Source of the DNA: a virus
IMG/VR virus record: IMGVR_UViG_3300029258_005404
Direction: 5' to 3' (one strand)
Length of the DNA: 64,000 bases
Positions within the stretch are counted from its first letter, which is position 1. Each line of letters begins with the position of its first letter. Of this stretch, positions 25,962 to 35,728 are shown one piece after another. A program made the position numbers and the translations under genes. The notes under the pieces are model-generated. The model was not told the DNA's origin, made no database searches, and saw only the letters and a list, made by a program, of their open reading frames with translations.

Positions 25962-25991
25962 ATATATTGAATGGCGATTTATATTTAAATT

Positions 25992-26109
25992 GGAAGAAAG
26001 GTTATACCGACCCCACCATGCCACAGGGTAGCGAGAAAACCGTAAGGGTAATCGTCCTGCTATATTGGTGCCTTCGTCGGTCTTTTCCTTGATTTGGGAC
26101 CTTTCTTCC
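25992..26109 (+). ncRNA. Structured 5' leader or small RNA
   Basis: 11-bp closing stem GGAAGAAAGGT/ACCTTTCTTCC with ACCGAC/GTCGGT and CACCA/TGGTG stems; directly after a promoter motif. Confidence 0.45.
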
Positions 26110-26146
26110 TTGTTAATATAATATTTCTTTATTAAAGGAGAATTTT

Positions 26147-26371
26147 ATGGAAAAGGGTGTGGATATTGATGCTGGAAGAATTATATTCTTCCAGAATGAA
26201 GAATATATTGATATATGTCAAATCGGTTTTATGCTACACGGATTTAGTGCATGTCATCATTGTAAAATGATGACAGTGTGTAAATTAGCAGTTACTAATA
26301 TGGAAACAAGTAATACATTATTAAATATATATAATCAACTGTCAATGAAATATCAAAATTCCTGGAGCTAA
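26147..26371 (+). CDS. Small hypothetical protein
   Basis: AAGGAG SD. Confidence 0.6.
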   Translation: MEKGVDIDAGRIIFFQNEEYIDICQIGFMLHGFSACHHCKMMTVCKLAVTNMETSNTLLNIYNQLSMKYQNSWS

Positions 26372-26400
26372 CCAGGCCTTATAAATGATATTTTCTTTTC

Positions 26401-26434
26401 AAAAGCGGCTCGGTAAAACGTGCCGCTTTTTTTT
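26401..26434 (+). terminator. Rho-independent terminator
   Basis: AAAAGCGGC/GCCGCTTTT stem plus T-run. Confidence 0.75.
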
Positions 26435-26443
26435 ACCTATTAC

Positions 26444-26471
26444 TGTTAGAAAAACAGTAAATCTGGTATAA
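26444..26471 (+). promoter_or_regulatory. Phage promoter motif
   Basis: TGTTAGAA-N12-TGGTATAA. Confidence 0.65.
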
Positions 26472-26505
26472 GTATAATGAAAGGAAAATTAACTATTCAT
26501 TTATA

Positions 26506-26886
26506 ATGGGAGACGTTATGGAAAAAGTAAAAGTTATCGATGAACATCCAAATAAAATACACGATGGAATGGAACTGTTCCTTGTCACCGGAAAGCAACT
26601 TACTAATGCCGGTGCTTTTCTAAAAGGCGAGACATTTTTAACTGGATTTCAGGAAAATAACAATGTCCGTGGAATGTTTAGTGAAGATTTCGAACCTGTT
26701 CAGATTATCGCGTTTGATAATGGAAAATATATATTCACGATGTTCAATGTAACAACTATTTCGAGAGAAGGTATTTCAGAGCTAATCAAAAAAGGCGAAT
26801 ACATTCTCGATAACAACAAATGTATGAGCCAATCCGAACGTGAAGAGTTTGGTGAATTATATCCTATATATAAATTTACATTATAA
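26506..26886 (+). CDS. Hypothetical protein
   Basis: 126-aa ORF after promoter motif. Confidence 0.6.
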   Translation: MGDVMEKVKVIDEHPNKIHDGMELFLVTGKQLTNAGAFLKGETFLTGFQENNNVRGMFSEDFEPVQIIAFDNGKYIFTMFNVTTISREGISELIKKGEYILDNNKCMSQSEREEFGELYPIYKFTL

Positions 26887-27136
26887 AAATAAAAACTATT
26901 CATTTACAAGGAGGAGATATGTTTAAATCATTCACAGACTTATGAAGAGTTTCAGGAGTGGATTGAAATGTGCAAAAAGGACAAGGAAAAGTTTAATTTT
27001 AAAACTTATGCAGCATTCATGATGATGAAGAGGGGTGTCATTGGAAATAGCTCTATTAGACAAAGGATTATTAATAAATTATTATAATGATATTTTCCTT
27101 TATACAAATTTACAATTTACAAATAAGGAGAAAAGT

Positions 27137-27535
27137 ATGTATAAAAATTACGCAGAATATGCAAAAGCCCGTGTTGAAAATATAAAGTCATTGATCCAGT
27201 TTATTCCTGAACTGGAAGCATGTGTCGAAATGATGGATGACTTCTTATCCGAAGCTGTCAAATGTGGTCCAATATTTGACAAAGTCAAATTGGCAATTGA
27301 AAACGCACTCGGCAAAGAAATTGAGTTTGCCGAGTGCGATACGATATTCGCCGTAATCTCGTCAGTCATGACAGGTAAAATTGACTATTCGCTGGTTAAT
27401 GAACCTGCCGACATAGGCAGGTTAACAATTATTGAAATTGCTAAAGTGCTGCCTGGCACCGGTATCGAAGGTGTCTCTGAGAGTATTGTTGAAATAACAA
27501 ATAAAATGTTAGGCCACGCCAAAGACCTAATGTAG
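27137..27535 (+). CDS. Hypothetical protein
   Basis: AAGGAG SD before ATG 27137 (track start 27035). Confidence 0.65.
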   Translation: MYKNYAEYAKARVENIKSLIQFIPELEACVEMMDDFLSEAVKCGPIFDKVKLAIENALGKEIEFAECDTIFAVISSVMTGKIDYSLVNEPADIGRLTIIEIAKVLPGTGIEGVSESIVEITNKMLGHAKDLM

Positions 27536-27569
27536 ACTGTTATTGGTAAGTGATTATATACAAAAAAGA

Positions 27570-27596
27570 GCGCAACTAAATAGTTGCGTTTTTTTT
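27570..27596 (+). terminator. Rho-independent terminator
   Basis: GCGCAACT-AAAT-AGTTGCGT plus T-run. Confidence 0.75.
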
Positions 27597-27599
27597 AGC

Positions 27600-27627
27600 T
27601 GTTATCAAAAAGATAATTCTGGAATTA
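27600..27627 (+). promoter_or_regulatory. Phage promoter motif variant
   Basis: TGTTATCA-N12-TGGAATTA. Confidence 0.5.
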
Positions 27628-27674
27628 CTATAATGTGCACGTTACTATTAACTTTTTTTATGAAAGGGCATGGC

Positions 27675-28442
27675 ATGCCAAAATTTTCCAATCCATTTGT
27701 AGAAGTGAAACAAGAGCCCGTCGAAGTCGGCGGTGATAAAGTCTCCAAAATAGGAGTTCGAGTGCAGGATGACGAAGGCAACTGGCAGTTAGCTGGAATC
27801 CAATCGGCTGGTTGGAGCCTGATTAAAAACAGTATTGCAAAAGATGTTGGTGATAATATTATGAGTCGCTCACCATATGACTGGGAAGAACTCAAAATCC
27901 TTTGGGATGGAAAGAAGTATGCACATTATTTTATTACAAAACAGACTGTTGCTGAAATTAATGCCGGCGGTAGTGAAGAAAATGTACGCGATATTCGTCT
28001 TGGTATGATGATGCGAAATGCATATGACGGAAGTGGTAAATTCGGAATGGAAATGTTTGCCTGTGATTACGGGTGCACAAATCAATTTGTGTCCAGGAAG
28101 AGGTTTGGTTATTTTGCTATTTATCATAGCGAACAGGATTCGTGGAAGATTGATGATGCTCTTCAAAATCTCCAAATTGGTGCAGAAAATCTTATTGCAA
28201 TTGCACCAAGAATTCAACAGCTCGCAGAAACACCACTGGAGACTCAGCACCTCATAAGTGCTTATAAAAATACAAAAATACCTCAAAGCAAATGGGGTGA
28301 AGTTATTGAGCGTTTATCCATCGAGCAGGCAACATTATTTGGGCTGTATTCAGCGCTGACATATATCACATCTCATCAATTGAAAGGTTTTAATGCGATT
28401 ACCGTTGGCGATACAATCACTGAGCATATGCTTAGTGATTGA
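27675..28442 (+). CDS. DUF932-family protein
   Basis: RNAYDGSG.F......C...CTNQ resembles the DUF932 NSHDGS...R.VC.NG motif; start at ATG 27675 preferred. Confidence 0.6.
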   Translation: MPKFSNPFVEVKQEPVEVGGDKVSKIGVRVQDDEGNWQLAGIQSAGWSLIKNSIAKDVGDNIMSRSPYDWEELKILWDGKKYAHYFITKQTVAEINAGGSEENVRDIRLGMMMRNAYDGSGKFGMEMFACDYGCTNQFVSRKRFGYFAIYHSEQDSWKIDDALQNLQIGAENLIAIAPRIQQLAETPLETQHLISAYKNTKIPQSKWGEVIERLSIEQATLFGLYSALTYITSHQLKGFNAITVGDTITEHMLSD

Positions 28443-28493
28443 TGAAGTTATAATAAAATAAAACATAACCAAGAGGTAGTTTTTTTCTATCTC

Positions 28494-28916
28494 TTGGTGT
28501 TATTTATAACAATTTTTATTTGGAATCAAATTATGATTTTAATAAAAGCGTCAATAATTATAATGTCCAATCTTGATATAGATGCAATAGGATTGACAAA
28601 ACAAAATCTTGCAAAATGTTGTCCGTATGGAGAAATATTAATAAATAATGAGGGAAAATATAAAGATACATTTTCTTTATTTAAAAGATTAATAATTTGC
28701 TCTGATATAACCAATATTTTAATTCATGTTCCATATGCTGAAAAATTTGAACCACACAGCAGAATATTTCGTAATAGAAAAGATAAACCATATATAATTT
28801 TAAAAAAAATGTATACTGATATGGATGAGGTTGAAGAATTAATTGAATTTTGTTTCTGCAAAAATATAATTGTAGAATCACATTGTATAATTGGTGAGAG
28901 TAGAAATAATGAGTAG
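28494..28916 (+). CDS. Hypothetical protein (start uncertain)
   Basis: ORF in operon context. Confidence 0.45.
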   Translation: MVLFITIFIWNQIMILIKASIIIMSNLDIDAIGLTKQNLAKCCPYGEILINNEGKYKDTFSLFKRLIICSDITNILIHVPYAEKFEPHSRIFRNRKDKPYIILKKMYTDMDEVEELIEFCFCKNIIVESHCIIGESRNNE

Positions 28917-29298
28917 TAATTATTGGGCAAATAGTGGATATATACTTAAAATTACAGATGAAGTTTTAAAGGCTTTTAATATAACAAAAGAACTTCTAAT
29001 TCAACAATGGTCTGACGAACATAATATAAAACATTGCGAATCAATAATGGATATGATTCGCGAAGCTACATATGGTGGTGAAAAGCTTCATCTGGATTTT
29101 TGTGGCAATAAATTTTCTGTTGATATATTCTGTGTTAATGATGATATTGAGAGTGCTGACGCATTACTTGATAGGTGGGAATATTATATGATTTTTGATC
29201 AGAGTGATATTTGTACTATTAAACCTACGCCCTTTTTACAAGCTTTACAAGATAGAAATATTGCTCCAGAATTTAAACAATGGGTGAGTTATGGGTAA
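28909..29298 (+). CDS. Hypothetical protein
   Basis: ATG 28909 overlapping the upstream stop. Confidence 0.6.
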   Translation: MSSNYWANSGYILKITDEVLKAFNITKELLIQQWSDEHNIKHCESIMDMIREATYGGEKLHLDFCGNKFSVDIFCVNDDIESADALLDRWEYYMIFDQSDICTIKPTPFLQALQDRNIAPEFKQWVSYG

Positions 29299-29308
29299 AA
29301 TTGCTCGA

Positions 29309-29336
29309 TGTTGTTTCTTTAAAATTTCTGGCATAA
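29309..29336 (+). promoter_or_regulatory. Phage promoter motif variant
   Basis: TGTTGTTT-N12-TGGCATAA. Confidence 0.45.
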
Positions 29337-29395
29337 TTATAATAAAGGTTGATTAACTATTTGAATCGATTAAATCGACTTATAAGGAAGGAAAA

Positions 29396-29581
29396 ATGTA
29401 CATTCAATTAACTTATAAACATGGAAACGGAATATATGATTCCAAAGTCAAAATCGTCTCAGATAATGAAATAGATTGCAGCTCGATAGACACTATCGAG
29501 GATAATGGTGTTGTATACTGGCAAGATGGAGACCTAAACGGAATAGCCATACCGCTTCCTGACAATATCGAAGAGGTATAA
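29396..29581 (+). CDS. Small hypothetical protein
   Basis: AAGGAAGG SD. Confidence 0.55.
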   Translation: MYIQLTYKHGNGIYDSKVKIVSDNEIDCSSIDTIEDNGVVYWQDGDLNGIAIPLPDNIEEV

Positions 29582-29584
29582 TAT

Positions 29585-29884
29585 ATGAATTCTAAAGCAA
29601 ATACTGTAACAATTTATGCATTTTTTACATTTGTAATAATAGCGGTTTGTTTAATAATTGTGTGGTGCCCGATAAAATCGAAATATAAAAAAATATTACC
29701 AGATAAAGATACCGTGTATGTTGATAAGGCTATAGGGATTGACACATTATATATTGATACCGGTATTATTACCAGACTTTATCTCAGAGAAGATAGTTTG
29801 TACAAAGAAATTATTATAACTCGTGATAGTCTCAACGAAATTAAAAGGAGGATAGCGAATGCCAAAGAAAAAGAAGCTCCCTAG
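29585..29884 (+). CDS. Membrane-anchored protein with coiled-coil tail
   Basis: N-terminal TM helix; DTVYV/DTLYI motifs. Confidence 0.6.
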   Translation: MNSKANTVTIYAFFTFVIIAVCLIIVWCPIKSKYKKILPDKDTVYVDKAIGIDTLYIDTGIITRLYLREDSLYKEIIITRDSLNEIKRRIANAKEKEAP

Positions 29885-30119
29885 AATGTTCATATACGTT
29901 GAGGGTGGTCTTATCCAGACCATAGCGGCAGATATTCCAATGGAAATTCTGGTGCTCGATGGTGATGTTGATGGTATCGAATGTCCGGATAATTATAAAG
30001 ATATTGATGGTAGTGAATTTCGTGCTCGAGTTGCCTGGGAAAGAAAGCCGTACCAAAGTAAGAGTACCGTTAATCATTATTTCAATGAACAAGCACGAGT
30101 AGATAAGGAAAACTACTGA
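29859..30119 (+). CDS. Hypothetical protein
   Basis: AGGAGG SD; I.VEGG.IQ.I.AD...E..V.D.D pattern. Confidence 0.6.
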   Translation: MPKKKKLPRMFIYVEGGLIQTIAADIPMEILVLDGDVDGIECPDNYKDIDGSEFRARVAWERKPYQSKSTVNHYFNEQARVDKENY

Positions 30120-30206
30120 TGGAAAATGAAACAATCGAATGTCCAGGATGTGGATACGCAATATCCATAAATAATCTTCAGTGCCCGGAATGCGGGTACG
30201 AAATGG

Positions 30207-30713
30207 ATGATGATGAGCGTGAGGAGGCCGGAAATGAATCCAGAACAGATAATTAATCAAATATGGACAATGCACTGGTATGAAGTAATACAAATCGCTT
30301 TAATGGATGATTTGATACTCCTGGTGAAAACATGGCCATTTTTACTTGTATCAATTTTTATTTTTTTCGGAACACTTCTATTAATAGAAAAGAATAAAAA
30401 GTATAGAATTACATCCCTTAAAAGCAAATGCCTATTATGCGAAGGTAAAATAGAATGCGGCCTCCCCAATCATAAACCGTGTGGAAAAGTTATAATAACC
30501 ATATCAGATATTTCAAATGAAGATTTCTGTATAGTTATGCATCGCAACTGTGCTAAAGAATATATGAAAAAACTTATCGGTAATGTGGAAGGGCTTCCAC
30601 AGACTGATGAGTTTATTGTCGGTGTAATAGCAAGCGAGCTTGTTAATAAAGGCGATCTTATCAGGCCGCAATGGGAAATATTTCAGTGTGTATCAAAGAA
30701 TCAAGGAGGATAA
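30207..30713 (+). CDS. Membrane protein with Cys/His-rich segment
   Basis: TM helix then CLLC...HKPC...HRNC. Confidence 0.55.
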   Translation: MMMSVRRPEMNPEQIINQIWTMHWYEVIQIALMDDLILLVKTWPFLLVSIFIFFGTLLLIEKNKKYRITSLKSKCLLCEGKIECGLPNHKPCGKVIITISDISNEDFCIVMHRNCAKEYMKKLIGNVEGLPQTDEFIVGVIASELVNKGDLIRPQWEIFQCVSKNQGG

Positions 30714-31031
30714 TTGTTAAAAAATAAAAAATTTGTAATACCTGTAATGCAATTACAGGATTTATTAACAAGATTTGTCGAAACGCCATCAATAGGAAAT
30801 CCTGATTATATTGATATGATACTCTGGCTTTATGCATGTGCGAGAAATAATAAAGATAATTGGGGGCTAAAAGGTAAATGGCCTTATTTCAGGATTAAAA
30901 TCGATCTCGAGAAGCAATGGTACCCGGTAGTTATAATATATAACCGCTGGTTTGCCAATGCATTCATTGAGGGATGGTTATTTAATTACATTAAAAAGAA
31001 AAGGAGTAGTAAGCGTGGCAAAAAAAATTGA
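30714..31031 (+). CDS. Hypothetical protein
   Basis: AGGAGG SD, TTG start. Confidence 0.55.
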   Translation: MLKNKKFVIPVMQLQDLLTRFVETPSIGNPDYIDMILWLYACARNNKDNWGLKGKWPYFRIKIDLEKQWYPVVIIYNRWFANAFIEGWLFNYIKKKRSSKRGKKN

Positions 31032-31305
31032 ACACTGGGATCCTGAATTTTGTCCGGAAGAGTTAAGCGCATTATATGATTTTCTTGATAATAGGGCGCA
31101 TGGTCTTCCGGAAGATATTGATCATTACATTATATCAAAAGAGTACTTTAAAGAACTTGAGGTATATACTTGCCCGGAAGATCATTATGATATTAATGAT
31201 TATGTGGATGTCGAGTACGTTGCTCATTTTGCAAGTATGTTAGAGCGTTTGAAAGATATTCCTGATGACGCTGTGCTTGAAATAGATTTATCAAACGCCT
31301 ATTAA
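30952..31305 (+). CDS. Hypothetical acidic protein (likely GTG start near 31015)
   Basis: AGGAG SD upstream of VAKKIEHW. Confidence 0.55.
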   Translation: MPMHSLRDGYLITLKRKGVVSVAKKIEHWDPEFCPEELSALYDFLDNRAHGLPEDIDHYIISKEYFKELEVYTCPEDHYDINDYVDVEYVAHFASMLERLKDIPDDAVLEIDLSNAY

Positions 31306-31316
31306 AGGAGTATCTT

Positions 31317-31703
31317 ATGAGCGAGGTGGTGAAGGTTGCGACTACGCAATCGTATGAATTCTGGCTGTTAATAACCGGCCATGGTGAAGGTTGCGACTAC
31401 GCAATCGATTGTAACAAAATCTGGAAGAAGATTGATGGCTGCACGAGCATGGAAGACGCTCATATTATGGTTGAGACAATGTTCGAGACCGGGAATCTTT
31501 TATTTGAAGGTGAAAGAGGTGTGAAGAGCATTTCTATCCTTCAGGTAAAAGATGCAGCAATATTCAATGTTCAGCAAGCCAAAACGAAAATCGAAAGGCA
31601 GGCTAATGTGGAAGAGAAGCAGAAAGAAGAAGCCGAAGATCTTGCTAAAATGGCTGAGCTAAAGATGAAATATCCTGAAAAATTCAAGGAGATGGCTCAG
31701 TGA
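31317..31703 (+). CDS. Hypothetical protein
   Basis: AAGGAG SD. Confidence 0.65.
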   Translation: MSEVVKVATTQSYEFWLLITGHGEGCDYAIDCNKIWKKIDGCTSMEDAHIMVETMFETGNLLFEGERGVKSISILQVKDAAIFNVQQAKTKIERQANVEEKQKEEAEDLAKMAELKMKYPEKFKEMAQ

Positions 31704-31990
31704 GATATAAAAAACTGAAAACGCTCTGGGCCGCAATGGAACGCAATATTGGGTTCAATGCGGCCCATTATGAGCGCGCTCTCGGCCTCGACCATGGAAT
31801 TATTGAAAGAGCCCTTAAAATTGAGAAGAATGGTGGTCAGTGCCCGCAAGAGTTGTTTGCTGTTATGAAAATAGTATATACATTTCCATGGATACTTAGG
31901 GTTGCTGATCAAAATTATGATCCGAAATACGCAATGAAGGAACTCTGCAAACACGCAGTAGATATCCTTGTCGAAACAACTTACCCTTAA
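31700..31990 (+). CDS. Hypothetical protein, possibly HTH-like
   Basis: GGAG SD, GTG start; ERALGLDHGIIERA helix-turn-helix-like segment. Confidence 0.5.
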   Translation: MRYKKLKTLWAAMERNIGFNAAHYERALGLDHGIIERALKIEKNGGQCPQELFAVMKIVYTFPWILRVADQNYDPKYAMKELCKHAVDILVETTYP

Positions 31991-32077
31991 ATACTAAAAC
32001 CTACTAATTTGTCCTAAAATTAGGAAGAAGGAGGATAATCAATGTATGAAAATACCACTTAACCCCAATGGATTCAT

Positions 32078-32281
32078 ATGCTGATAAAGGAAGAATTACT
32101 TACTATGATGGCTAGAGCTGACATTTTAATGCAGGAAATATCTGATGCTGCAGAAGAATGCACTGCGACCCAAATGCCAGCACAAAACGTCGTATCAGTT
32201 CTCACAGCTACTCATGAATTTAATAAATTATTAAATGAGTTTGTTGAGGCTCATTCAAAAGATGAGACCTTTATCGTATAA
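32078..32281 (+). CDS. Small hypothetical protein
   Basis: 67-aa ORF in operon. Confidence 0.45.
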   Translation: MLIKEELLTMMARADILMQEISDAAEECTATQMPAQNVVSVLTATHEFNKLLNEFVEAHSKDETFIV

Positions 32282-32624
32282 CCACTTTTTGTCGGAGGAT
32301 AAGTTGCCTACCATCAGAGAAATACTTGGAAAAGTAGTAAATTATGTGCAACCGCAGCCTAAAAAGAGGCGGATTAAAGCTCCTATAACCCCGGAAGGAG
32401 CAATTTGCACTGATATGTTAGTTATTTATGAATGGCTGGAGCAGAATAAGCACAATGCTCCATTTTACTGCCTTATGCTTCAGGAACAATTTGATACATC
32501 ATTCTTTCTCACACCGGATGGAACACCTGCAATCTTTAAAAAATGGGATGAGGTGATTCGTGAAAAAGAGGATCTTAATAATCCAAATGTTTGGATACTT
32601 GAGTTTACCGGAGTTGCAAATTGA
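32235..32624 (+). CDS. Hypothetical protein (start uncertain)
   Basis: ORF in operon. Confidence 0.5.
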   Translation: MSLLRLIQKMRPLSYNHFLSEDKLPTIREILGKVVNYVQPQPKKRRIKAPITPEGAICTDMLVIYEWLEQNKHNAPFYCLMLQEQFDTSFFLTPDGTPAIFKKWDEVIREKEDLNNPNVWILEFTGVAN

Positions 32625-32705
32625 TTTACCCTGAATGCGGTACTATAATTAAACCGGGGATTATGTTTTATCATTTCCCCGGTTTCATTTTCAAAATAGG
32701 AGGAT

Positions 32706-32978
32706 ATGGTGTTAGGATTTTATTTTATTTTTGAATGTAAACTGTGTGGAAAACAGTTTACTTTAACTCCTGAAGAAATGATTGAGGAGAAGCGTGTTGT
32801 GAGTGAAATGATTGAAAGAGATACACGTTATAAGTTTACTAATTTAGATATGGTAACACGAGTATTCCATAAATGTGAAATTGAATCGGTTCATGAGAAC
32901 GTTTCATTAAAAGAAAAGGGTTTAAAAAGTTATTATGGTATTGCTGAGACTGTTGGTTTTATGATTGTAAATACGTAA
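32706..32978 (+). CDS. Small Zn-binding hypothetical protein
   Basis: AGGAGG SD; CKLC...H.C. Confidence 0.6.
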   Translation: MVLGFYFIFECKLCGKQFTLTPEEMIEEKRVVSEMIERDTRYKFTNLDMVTRVFHKCEIESVHENVSLKEKGLKSYYGIAETVGFMIVNT

Positions 32979-33083
32979 ATCCGGAAGGGTGGCGGTATAT
33001 AATTATACACCTCTTATCCTCCGGCGTATAATTATTTATACAAACCGTCACCCGACTTTATATATATAAAATAAGGAGAAAAT

Positions 33084-33659
33084 TTGATACAAGAAAATAT
33101 TATCTTGTTCGATATGGATGGAACACTGTGTAATTATGAAGCAGCTTTATTAAATAGTCTTAATGAGCTGAAAGGTCCTAAAGAAAAAATGCTTAAAATA
33201 CTTCCACATAAATCAAAAACTCCTGCCTATCTTAAAGCAAGGATGGATTTAATACGCGATAATACAAAATGGTGGATAAATATACCACCACTTTCTTTGG
33301 GAATGCAACTGTGGAGAGTGGCAGGCGAGATAGGGTTTAGAAGAATGATACTTACACAGGGGCCTAAAAGATATCCAAAATCATGGATGGCAAAGAAAAT
33401 GTGGATAGATAAATATCTTGGAAGCGATGTTGATATAACAATAACCCGGGATAAAGGTCTTGTGTATGGAAGGGTCCTGGTTGATGATTGGCCTGACTAT
33501 ATAATTAGATGGGCGAAATGGAGGCCGAGAGGGCTTATTGTAATGCCTGATGGTAAACACAATCAGGGTTTTGAACACGATCAGGTCATCAGATATGATG
33601 GAAATAATTTTGAAAAAGTTGCTGGTGTGCTTCAGGATAAATTTGATTTCATAAATTAA
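33084..33659 (+). CDS. HAD-family 5'(3')-deoxyribonucleotidase (NT5C-like)
   Basis: LFDMDGTL motif I, ILT motif II, KMW, VLVDDWP motif IV. Confidence 0.8.
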   Translation: MIQENIILFDMDGTLCNYEAALLNSLNELKGPKEKMLKILPHKSKTPAYLKARMDLIRDNTKWWINIPPLSLGMQLWRVAGEIGFRRMILTQGPKRYPKSWMAKKMWIDKYLGSDVDITITRDKGLVYGRVLVDDWPDYIIRWAKWRPRGLIVMPDGKHNQGFEHDQVIRYDGNNFEKVAGVLQDKFDFIN

Positions 33660-33673
33660 TTTTGGAGGATAAA

Positions 33674-34033
33674 ATGAAATTAACAATTAGAAAGATAATT
33701 GATATTCTTGCATATCGGCCGGATATCGCCCAAAATGACAGGAATGAGTTGGTTAAAATTGCTGAAGATGAAGGGTTATTCATTGATACAGAAAAAACCT
33801 GTATTGATAGTGCCGAACGCAAAATATGCAATTCTAAATATCTTGGTATAAAAGCGAATACATGGGATAATAAAGAATTTTATTTCTATACAATGGAACA
33901 AAATCATGTAGATAATGCAATGCATATTATGGGTTATGATAGTCATGGATATTGGTTGAGTTTTTTCAATAACCCTCTGGAGCCTGAAACACCAGAAAAT
34001 TTTGAATTCAAAGGTGGTAAGCATGGTAGATAA
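33674..34033 (+). CDS. Hypothetical protein
   Basis: GGAGG SD before ATG 33674. Confidence 0.6.
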   Translation: MKLTIRKIIDILAYRPDIAQNDRNELVKIAEDEGLFIDTEKTCIDSAERKICNSKYLGIKANTWDNKEFYFYTMEQNHVDNAMHIMGYDSHGYWLSFFNNPLEPETPENFEFKGGKHGR

Positions 34034-34574
34034 TCTTGGATTTATACCAAAATCTAAAGCAAATGATATTGCAGTTAAAATATGCATGGAACTTCTTCCT
34101 CATTGCGAACAGAAAGGAATAACTGTAGTTGGTGATTTAAGGCGCGAGCGAAGCAAGGTTGATAGTATTGATATAGTATGCATTCCGAAAACCCATTATG
34201 CACAAACAGATCTTTTGACATATGGTCCGATAAGAACCAATGGTTTTATTAAAACTGTTAATTCATGGGCAAAAATGAAAGGGGATCCTGTTGGTGGGAA
34301 GTATACTCAACGGTATCATCCAACCCATATGATAACTATAAATCTTTATATGGTTACCAGGGATAATTATGGATTAATGGTTATGTTTCGCACCGGGCCG
34401 GTCAAATATTCAAAGCGCATGATGGAAAAGGAGACCAAAAAAGTTGGAATGAAATCTAGGGGTGGATATCTCCGCTGGGAAAAAAATGATGAGATAATTC
34501 CAACACCTACTGAAGAAGAGTTTTATCGTCTTGTTCAGGAACCATGGATTATACCAATGGCACGAATAAAATAA
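34023..34574 (+). CDS. Stand-alone PolX (Pol-beta-like) palm/thumb domain with altered catalytic residues
   Basis: GDLRR....VDSIDIV, INLYMV...YG....RTG, TPTEEEFY....PWI.P..R match PolX motifs. Confidence 0.75.
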   Translation: MVDNLGFIPKSKANDIAVKICMELLPHCEQKGITVVGDLRRERSKVDSIDIVCIPKTHYAQTDLLTYGPIRTNGFIKTVNSWAKMKGDPVGGKYTQRYHPTHMITINLYMVTRDNYGLMVMFRTGPVKYSKRMMEKETKKVGMKSRGGYLRWEKNDEIIPTPTEEEFYRLVQEPWIIPMARIK

Positions 34575-34583
34575 AGGGGAATT

Positions 34584-34925
34584 ATGGCTAAACATATATT
34601 TAAATGTTTATATTGCAATTCGCCAATGAAACTGGAATCAAAACCATGTGGAGAAGTTGAAGAAGGTTTTAAATGGCACTATCTACAATGCACTCAATGC
34701 CTGGCTACAGGTCCACAGTTTTGTGATTCAATAGATATATCTAAAGTCAATTGTATCAGAAAGGCTTTTGAGTCTATGACCATACCACATGGTTACAGAA
34801 TCACACTTGTTTGCAGCAAATGTATTCTTGAATGTTCGGGCCAATTGGAAGATATACATAAAGAGTGTCCATTGCCTGATTGTAATGGCACACTACACAA
34901 AATACCAGAAGAATATATACATTAA
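34584..34925 (+). CDS. Cys-rich Zn-ribbon protein
   Basis: CLYC, CTQC, CSKC, CPLPDC. Confidence 0.6.
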   Translation: MAKHIFKCLYCNSPMKLESKPCGEVEEGFKWHYLQCTQCLATGPQFCDSIDISKVNCIRKAFESMTIPHGYRITLVCSKCILECSGQLEDIHKECPLPDCNGTLHKIPEEYIH

Positions 34926-34936
34926 AAGGAGGGTAA

Positions 34937-35302
34937 TTGGACGATGCTGCATTTGACGGCCTTGTTCGTCAAAGAATACAAAAAATAAAAGATGTTCTGG
35001 CGTCAAAAGGTAAAGATTACGGGCGCGAAGATCGGCTTCACCAGTTCAAAGAGGCTGGAATGAGATTACACTGTACTCCGGAAAGAGCTCTGCAGGGTAT
35101 GGCTGTAAAGCATGATATATCAGTAGCGACAACTATTACTGATATTGAAAACGGTACTTATGATTATGTTACTCATGAGTATATTGATGAGAAGATTGGT
35201 GATGCAATAAACTATATGATACTTCTCGAAGCATTAATTAAAGAGCGTCTTCTTAAAGACAATTGTACTGTTGAAAGTGAGGGGGCTTTAAATGGAAAAT
35301 AA
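34937..35302 (+). CDS. Nucleotide-modification-associated (DUF1599/Nmad1-like) all-alpha protein
   Basis: K.KDYG..DRL..F......EK.GD.INY..L pattern. Confidence 0.55.
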   Translation: MDDAAFDGLVRQRIQKIKDVLASKGKDYGREDRLHQFKEAGMRLHCTPERALQGMAVKHDISVATTITDIENGTYDYVTHEYIDEKIGDAINYMILLEALIKERLLKDNCTVESEGALNGK

Positions 35303-35645
35303 AAAATCCGGACTACGGGATGAATTTGAAATGCGCCAAGATGCTGCTGAAATTGAAGCTGAAAGTCGAAACTTCAATAATGAAGAACCGCCGGATTGTC
35401 TTACATGTAATAGAACTGGCGTGTGCTTTGCCGGGTGTATTGAAATGCTTGGAATTGATCCTTTCAAGGTTAATGAGCCGACGAGCAGAATAATAAAGGC
35501 TTTGAAAATAGCCATGGATTATGGTACCGCCCAAGGAGACCAGCACAGAGCATTTGCTATTGATCAAATGGTGCGCGCCCTTTCTGGTGATCAATATGAA
35601 AATTTTACAAAACAAGCTGTCATCTGGGATAAAGGTGTCGGTTAA
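35292..35645 (+). CDS. Hypothetical protein
   Basis: GAGGGGG SD; CLTC..TGVC motif. Confidence 0.6.
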   Translation: MENKKSGLRDEFEMRQDAAEIEAESRNFNNEEPPDCLTCNRTGVCFAGCIEMLGIDPFKVNEPTSRIIKALKIAMDYGTAQGDQHRAFAIDQMVRALSGDQYENFTKQAVIWDKGVG

Positions 35646-35670
35646 ATAACAAAAAATTGGATTAGAAAAA

Positions 35671-35700
35671 AGGCTGAAGTGCTAATTTCAGCTTTTTTTT
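35671..35700 (+). terminator. Rho-independent terminator
   Basis: AGGCTGAA/TTCAGCTT stem plus T-run. Confidence 0.65.
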
Positions 35701-35728
35701 AGTTATTATCAATTAGTTTATGAGATAA
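35701..35728 (+). promoter_or_regulatory. Phage promoter motif variant
   Basis: AGTTATTA-N12-TGAGATAA. Confidence 0.45.
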
